Virus record (IMG/VR): IMGVR_UViG_3300031787_000118
Span: 1-62,190 of that record
From: a virus
Taxonomy: Duplodnaviria > Caudoviricetes
Reading direction: 5' to 3' (one strand)
Length of the DNA stretch: 62,190 nt
The notes beneath the pieces are model-generated. The model had not been told where the DNA came from, made no database searches, and saw only the letters and a program-made list of their open reading frames with translations. Of the stretch, positions 60,501 through 62,190 are shown piece by piece. A program made the position numbers and the translations under genes. Position 1 is the first letter of the stretch, and the number at the start of each line of letters is the position of its first letter.

Positions 60501-62190
60501 GCTAAACTTACTCAAAGAATGCGTCAAGGTGAAGATTCTCCTATAGTTGGATTGAGTGATATTATAGCTACAAATGTAGAAAGTGAAAATGTAGAAAGAA
60601 GAGTTATTAAGAATAGAAAAACTAATTTCAATCCTTCCACTAATAAAGGTGTAATCTTTACTACTGAAAAAGATATGTTGTCTGAACTTGAAAAAGATAT
60701 TAAGTCTGATGTTTATAATACTAAAGCTGTAGTATTCACTAATGCTAAACGTGACCAAGTAACAAAAACTATTAGGCAAATGTTATGGGGTAAAGCTGCT
60801 GAAAATGAGTACAATGTAGGTGAAGTTATCATGTCTGTTGATAATAAAAAGATTGGTGGATTAAACCCTGCTGAAATCTTCAATGGAGAATTTTACATTG
60901 TTACAAATGTAGTTACTAAAAATAATGCTTTAAGAATTGAAACATTTAATAATGGTAGAATAGAATCTGAAAACATTGCAGGTTATGTATTAACAGTTCA
61001 AAAGAAAGATGGAACAAAAATGAATATAACTGTTCCTTCAACTTCTGAAAAAGAAAGAATTGCTAAATTACAAAATACATTAGCTAATGCTGCTAAATCA
61101 GGATTAGCTCCTTGGCAATATTTTTGGAATAATAAAGAAGCTATTATTGCTGTTGAATATGGTTATGCTATTACATCACATAAATCTCAAGGTTCTACTT
61201 TTAATAACACTTATGTTTTTGAAGATGATATTTTAGGAGTTACTGCTGCATCTAATAAAACTGTAAATCAATCTTTGTATGTAGCTTTAACAAGACCAAG
61301 AAACAAAGCTGTAATTATTTCAAGGGAAAATGAAAATAATGACATACCTGAAATTACAGGTGATGAAGAAATCTTATTATCATTAGAGCCTAATGAAGTA
61401 ACTCTTGCATTAAAAGAAAAAATTAATAAGTTATTTAAAGAAAATCCTTCCTTATCAAAAATTGGTTCTGTTGAGCAATACAGTAATTATTTGAATACTA
61501 TTTTTCCTAACAGTAAAGTAAAAGATATTTTATATCATGGTACTCCTGATGGAAGATTTGAATCTTTTGACATATCATTTGCAGGTAAAGCAACAGTAAA
61601 TGTAACTAAAGGAATTTACTTAACTGATAGTAAAAAAACTGCTGATTTTTATGCAGAAGGGCACATTGATTTTAGTGAATTTGAATCTCGTGAAGAATAT
61701 GAAGAAGTGAAAACTGCTAAAACATTTTCAATGATAATAAATGCTGAAAATCTTAAATTTGTAAATGACCCTCAAGCACAACAAAAACAAGGAAATGCAA
61801 TTTTAAGAACTGAAGAAAAATTATCAGACATTGGGTATGTATCTAATATTCCTGATTTAGCTCATCAATATATTGTTTTTGACCCTGAACAAATTCACAT
61901 TTTAGGAGAAAATAAAGATATTGAACAATTTAAAAATTATGTAAATTCCCAATTATCTTATGAACCTAATGAAATAGTTTCTCCAACAGTTGAATCTAAA
62001 GCAGGATTTAGAAATACAGATGGTAGTAGAAAAAGATATTTAAAAGAAGAAATGGCTTTTAACAAAGCTAAAGAGTACAATAAGAAAAATACTGAATACA
62101 AAGCATCTGTAATTAAAGTAATGGGTGAAAAAGGAGATTCAAGAGTTTATTATGCTGTTAGTTTACAAGTTAGACCATTAGCATCTGCAA
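45522..62190 (+). CDS. Giant virion RNA polymerase polyprotein (over 5,500 aa, 3'-truncated): zincin, RNAP, degenerate zincin, SF1 helicase, ART-like domain
   Basis: ATG at 45522. The same frame holds at every point checked up to the window end, and the track lists no plus-strand fragment here, consistent with no stop. Motifs: HEFIH 48762-48776; FRIPTSGH about 56112; GLDFDIDK 56226-56249; KEMVH 58725-58739; GRGGTGKT 60066-60089; YHGT 61533-61544. Confidence 0.92.
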   Translation, partial: MNPDNGELANQNTNPITSPSQEPLTINVNGKEVVINPNQVATGIVENGVSKSKMADVSWSTGSKSNDQIQSELKGYEAKFERENKIAEADGVLETAGKFTESFLTSMAAGMWDIASAFDVGDWRLPEMYGAGTAMNSVFKAVDNTIGDGEKEVGNWFSRRAALIREESAINDKMNTGNSYVDYGLGMVANVGGSIAGMGGALKMLGMGMHALRAGKTLNTITGTVAATYGTAFSIAEGVKDEVYQRTLHDLAPDLKSLEQNTHGETYNKALDEGKSAEEAEYLARQAVKTVRDEYAKSNPLLHEAAMSSAMKGADAAIKFSTIGFLLNMGQATQFIKGHYASRKVLESASTFSTKEILKEAGQEAIEEGIVEGIAEDYGVNYGMKGEYGVNDALKKIWSLETLESMVIGGLAGGGMAALAQYSNKNIKGEDGLTHAERYQKQQGYIKKWNEIGATVGQPDMIDQLTTLNKNSLELTEIVKEQKKLVAQGKEEEAKALGSKILSVQASQAFASGTTASLIENYEKIARDSSFKPEVRQRAQEALVQIKDMEKVYNKSLSYSNGSDIYSNRVNDYSLSKAEQELKNKIIEKKLEANTAIESSLRSGETSLKVKDTLKVVDEYNQRVVDEEVDRDLSYNLDTLFENPYTNQTEADAYSSFKDYASKNIQAVRELLDLQGQLKTIQQHKDENNKTYNKITSKQFQRSLKFQDSLTRDIRSNKETMDSFKGTDKFMPYLDNILKKYKGKIDDSTLEYIKDRYELENEVTKEASKKAQTEAVSKALGKKGEENKQVAPTTKTDDKQTVETIATKVNSGIELSKDEKEFYTQFPTQIDDRLKQLKTSTEGEGSQSGTMQTNEDLEVDGQDTLNPERQLVATKLNNITSIVEDSLFEEEAETVETLSPALTSKVDKIKSDPSFIQDGVYKTSALKRFLGKDFDTVMDSLMKTGTVEFDGTNYVVAGKQTAKVTPNNNDIQIAKIESRRLEELNATKKIGEDNLKEGRKLTKKIVESLKQRYPVTSAKGIIIRILEKLIDFNKYSTIVDSKYINGQGASGQATWFGMMISQETLDGILEGKEHEVHTFIHEFIHGFTTSKISDYNIEKLGLIPGFKSKLTSKEKNAIEQLQRIFEKVKRDNPNLKEYGFTNLDEFIAEAFSNESFQYTLKNTKSEGKKSNLFVEFINAIGDILFEQLERWAKRQNKEIPNRETITGILEDVLAWTEELIDQNNKLAYIGTAEEINAKYDAEIKALGNTNQSTKPTTKPNTGLSGLAISIINSPSFQETLEDRYELRVNLDDDAFSDADGNLNSAGQAQEAGFNEIKEAIDKGEITGIKAIRRGNSSIITYVKTNVPVSYDPDEISYEPDEIKKDLSAEVKEQVREQVESYVISLEGDLGRTPTFEEFIKDYIKNGGRTNTDKLFNVLIKGWELNNYPKSDYSSIYNKLFKDRKQMANSLLELAEQVITPQTKEEISEQIKEEAKTPTQEKKVIAISPEGKVRYEHLTMTSEDTRPKLGYSSRKAAPVFYTEQDGDMQVIQTDFEYTEEGLSESDLVKSLKLLNPDKYLPGEELEVVIPTGATLMNMTIPVYNDEGIRAGETTFGEWLKGKLLENPDFESTQEYEDRVPMLVKDNEGDYVAYVHEPEWYHPLKFRGDVREAQHNARVIRKMAMKANKEGNSAKLKITSNQGGMFQPMIIPNTQPWVKLKDANPQAKSGIVKNNEILIDGKPFKGILVNEKDFLTNTNNKPVDVRRWGTDENGNPTYRAFQSTMQPIENEQVETVYQAVLTYLFNKSYSKEPIALEYKKVKDIVQNTLGANFNLGDYTNLDNFLKLFIMVSNKKMDSNLTEAQIAGVMKADPYVGKGLPYIFTYQGGNVVFGVGGEATAYKIAPSDLKNGISGQVQSKLDELKRILPMFNQNIGMIGGATYNGKVLHIDNKGNVNTVSPTYSKYIGDKYYTNVMSHNIGTDDKPNYVTRIQPSIYFEPTGELSRKKEAVIASKEEVTETKKQQVTNTVEVLENVELEEVVTKLEEKDWKFAGDTLEEKVEDLKELLSTQNQEAVEIVETIKQDDDYHRTIKKAYNQVKWVDEYFDNSDDLSYEPVEIQTEEVKEMTKDLFKIPGLSPNHQSQLVDFVFNSASQEFSFDYEEAVDKDKLKSGVTKKLFASLDANLQNLNSTLEELRKLESNNVVDSLIKKYETAIDKINLVKDNSDIIAEEGLNKLFKYANIKVTEIKNEEGDVVQVVEEGTDSNTDNEKETNEDENSALSFDEVSTEREDNYSQTSLEKNPKNSVTKELRLFMSAVEDINPKTQLPNTGVMGVPLYVGFDSVYDTVQSFLADSPSDFNTMVGILELHKDSHAWMPTLIERLKNADNQVKKQFVLTMGTHALKMEFLMYSFNTKDGTYSLKVMDTNSSAITKKIEQMWKNNLLSSSIVTMEDGQYVTNVEVAKELYNQYNSWVESPEKLKSKYNSLLPLFKGKVKKGETTTITFSEHSAIDKKYVATGILKDIEGGRLITINQEEYVISKSGDNQITIKPFERSVVGKAISKYQSLTPEEQASAIEEVQVWFNNFGIELADNAIDHIFRNGLYTNNGALSVSQFFEESSATSSPMGILASWLNGVVSGNIGTDIFDENNEKNNPLRDYSIEKTLTKHQSKYTKAIVTNSFRDGKKSIFGFTATKFITDRFQDLKTNEELRGQLGSLSFSKHSMWLEFMGTELLNKFNLSHLGLTAIAEFGKKNYKDNSITSLSDADHELIKIGMFQDVKQGATSKTYGSMNIGLRVAKFLFPTMSDKTTMTVVQTPVIDLTETRLYLDNAETLQEPVLNIVFQQTVLPEIERIINFKNNVKKTNIKSYDDGAKMLSFMPFLNDLEIKLNEQVTVSLRDLLLMEETTVEDILSQKVRNQIMGEIQNYLNKLMNDKVEVWKNNGYIVEEEGVKKIKFMDGKYLSKIETDNFDEKMKIAAYDFVVNNVISNANAFMTIIGDPALYYKSNTSKDFIAQSEETFINVGKRLAAMIAPGSKIADSQNEQYLQVFLKDKVSLSENIDFLCKLLDGKAFDTNEYNRVMSLPEKGESELQSKKLQVEKKRQIDAFYNQYPNSNGYFDIEGTDAQEYTTWQEHLHILEQMGRVSDNAASITPDEIREAKEMFASGISIDNMSSAQKEVLKKVLQPIKPVYTGQIYDADQDVMRMMYIKSSSFPLIPQLTEGLEINKLRVGLEKMQETTGKKVRASYQTANKVGALTTPLSLFNADGSIKEITEDNLKASTLTLNRKDFKIQLDVPFKSLKRNEDTVTLGTQLTKLLFGNGIMDEVGFMLDGKPLSGKALEKEYTDTFIQLANLKKKKLYNELGIDELTGEPIDLQKTAIKLQKLLKDEAISKGYSKQDIEALELEPVYSGGKLIDIKFKMPLWVSANANRFESLLNAIVTNRLVKMKFPGNSYVVGSEEGFRFQDNLEGVDKNKIVWTNKWTGKLQAAKYDAKGNLMYTQVLAPSKFRDAKGKLIDLLAKDKDGTYKYVTQTGKGFIIKNDKFSEELLSITSFRIPTSGHVSASQIEIVGFLPQEVGDLMIVPRNLTKQKGLDFDIDKENTYQLWHIETENGFRPLQEGDDVPNIKEKLLQNKLVNIHKSVLSNPSTNVQKKINGILSIKFAQDQSEMINEWVEGNKDKKYFTPLSDEYQKSKMFLGASGKVGTGAYSLDVTSHSLFEQAKAKGTPLRLIDENTFIMSFGDKYKSTGELGESKTIDGDRKIAEVLAERQNIAVDNEKEQVMGKVNLNGLTLDVDKVLCMLGFDKGEDGNSIPFLFLSQPILKDYVAEMSNASANIAEFSKDKESKVIQKLLEKYGVEDFEMGLETDKEFGEMMTNIKMASEIQNKPDGMFQAAILNRFLLLKKYGAEIRGVQSTINIDSAGLGKSVAENAEKMNTVSRLFSNTTIENAGALLGQSVSEEDITASERQELISKGYVPFMGLLVKPTTINGIFTINALTTADKLWTKHFPYQTSVMNTLFSEIMPLISNSESSDAKKAEKRQIVMKEVKKYLNTVMASKTIFENTSAQEERKRLFIDNDATNHQSLATYLRDAIKLPVLNNNKLLQRFEFEVNKDGKPSIIKYNNAAGASFDEDYLNNALLELMERNVPISSFNGEIYTTRKLAQDLITYSLLEGGVQEAIQFAKFIPLRYLDKLGFTTAMSSVDFNTANRTFGINLSDKKEPWDVSTFTIQFAQNNPRTLPKLENITNKKPEELVKMDTFNLSAISDAPGANFFSLRHDGKFHLWQRVANDTYIKIPVVGTHGMSEYNNERGAVETVIKPLVEKDKSKKGNEPKGETKFIKQQLFGIEVEPTMTVLNNIIKDSSTPNDVKVIMEKLLGDFDQTVKIVVKEIKGRGAYDSNTNTIFIHPEYLATASKEELSRTVLKEMVHSITDKELLKYADRDGNLIIEDAPKHIVALTQLFKRTKEILGEDRINEVKEKFKRDKGLEPIEKRVIYGGTNLLEFVEMIMTQPEFQQEMAKHKMANGKSLLDKFIEFVSNLLTVLNVPSDSITSEALNNIFNMIQKPVESKVESTSNFKFAQFSEFETTAEFTGEQYADDMASPGDVVIYKNQEYLVLGLSDNGGLRLMDFDGNKFSGTPQPDKIDKLVAMFDTIKFENTDYIVLDKDNIVSTATGKKVFTSNDNSTVTRKRKLLELFNEEVGFYPSVETQESKTSNAFKSFTKDLFLELDAKINEDYGSVRVTTPNIAKFQQYPLIQKYFNAGYDVSVDEYNFIQQNTEEFNTLLQELGVSDVVELTDKLKDMKVESSTPTVEIKQETNVEEKLIEKVESLEGMKKYELFPGVFANKEQTEAIDKLDEFVKSPKSGSFVLIGRGGTGKTTIVKKVLEMNPNARIVGGTMGHNAKQILQESLGNKAKAYTTASLTGKREDFQNPGKYIQDKNFDPNKSPLKYADVFILDETSMIDETMMKELYDIAGVNTKFIFMGDNVQLPPIREKGSKFEGQDSPTFKEGKGNNFAKLTQRMRQGEDSPIVGLSDIIATNVESENVERRVIKNRKTNFNPSTNKGVIFTTEKDMLSELEKDIKSDVYNTKAVVFTNAKRDQVTKTIRQMLWGKAAENEYNVGEVIMSVDNKKIGGLNPAEIFNGEFYIVTNVVTKNNALRIETFNNGRIESENIAGYVLTVQKKDGTKMNITVPSTSEKERIAKLQNTLANAAKSGLAPWQYFWNNKEAIIAVEYGYAITSHKSQGSTFNNTYVFEDDILGVTAASNKTVNQSLYVALTRPRNKAVIISRENENNDIPEITGDEEILLSLEPNEVTLALKEKINKLFKENPSLSKIGSVEQYSNYLNTIFPNSKVKDILYHGTPDGRFESFDISFAGKATVNVTKGIYLTDSKKTADFYAEGHIDFSEFESREEYEEVKTAKTFSMIINAENLKFVNDPQAQQKQGNAILRTEEKLSDIGYVSNIPDLAHQYIVFDPEQIHILGENKDIEQFKNYVNSQLSYEPNEIVSPTVESKAGFRNTDGSRKRYLKEEMAFNKAKEYNKKNTEYKASVIKVMGEKGDSRVYYAVSLQVRPLASA

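Noticed and set aside
196-62190. Stop-codon reassignment (TAG or TGA), known in some crAss-like phages
   Set aside because: Core genes are full length in code 11, TAG ends genes normally (196, 24394, 45480), and neither tRNA is a suppressor.
45481-62190. Apparent 16-kb gene desert and the minus-strand ORFs listed there
   Set aside because: Artifact of an ORF with no stop inside the window; the listed ORFs are antisense shadows of the giant gene.

Overview
A 62-kb, strongly AT-rich segment of a crAss-like phage (Crassvirales) genome, most likely infecting a Bacteroidota host. It uses the standard genetic code, with no sign of stop-codon reassignment. The minus-strand arm (1-12205) holds a partial SF2 helicase, a family B DNA polymerase, tRNA-Leu(TAA), tRNA-Arg(TCT), a NUMOD4-HNH nuclease, many small early ORFs and several long structured non-coding tracts. 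After a repeat-containing strand switch (about 12.3-12.5 kb), the plus-strand arm encodes an endolysin, terminase, portal, scaffold, major capsid, ring, tail, muzzle and cargo proteins. It ends in an ORF missing from the supplied track (45522 to the window end, over 5,500 aa). This is a virion RNA polymerase polyprotein (GLDFDIDK motif) that also carries a zincin protease, a degenerate zincin, a RecD/Dda-like SF1 helicase and an ADP-ribosyltransferase-like domain. Three things stand out. (1) A 35-bp ungapped motif occurs in five same-orientation intergenic copies and is a candidate virion-RNAP early promoter. (2) Two of these copies head ORF-free, heavily base-paired tracts that are candidate novel ncRNAs, and a third heads the tRNA pair. 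(3) A recurring S-[YL]-[ED]-P-x-E motif lies at domain boundaries of the polyprotein and may mark self-cleavage sites. All assignments come from motif reading by eye; no searches were run.
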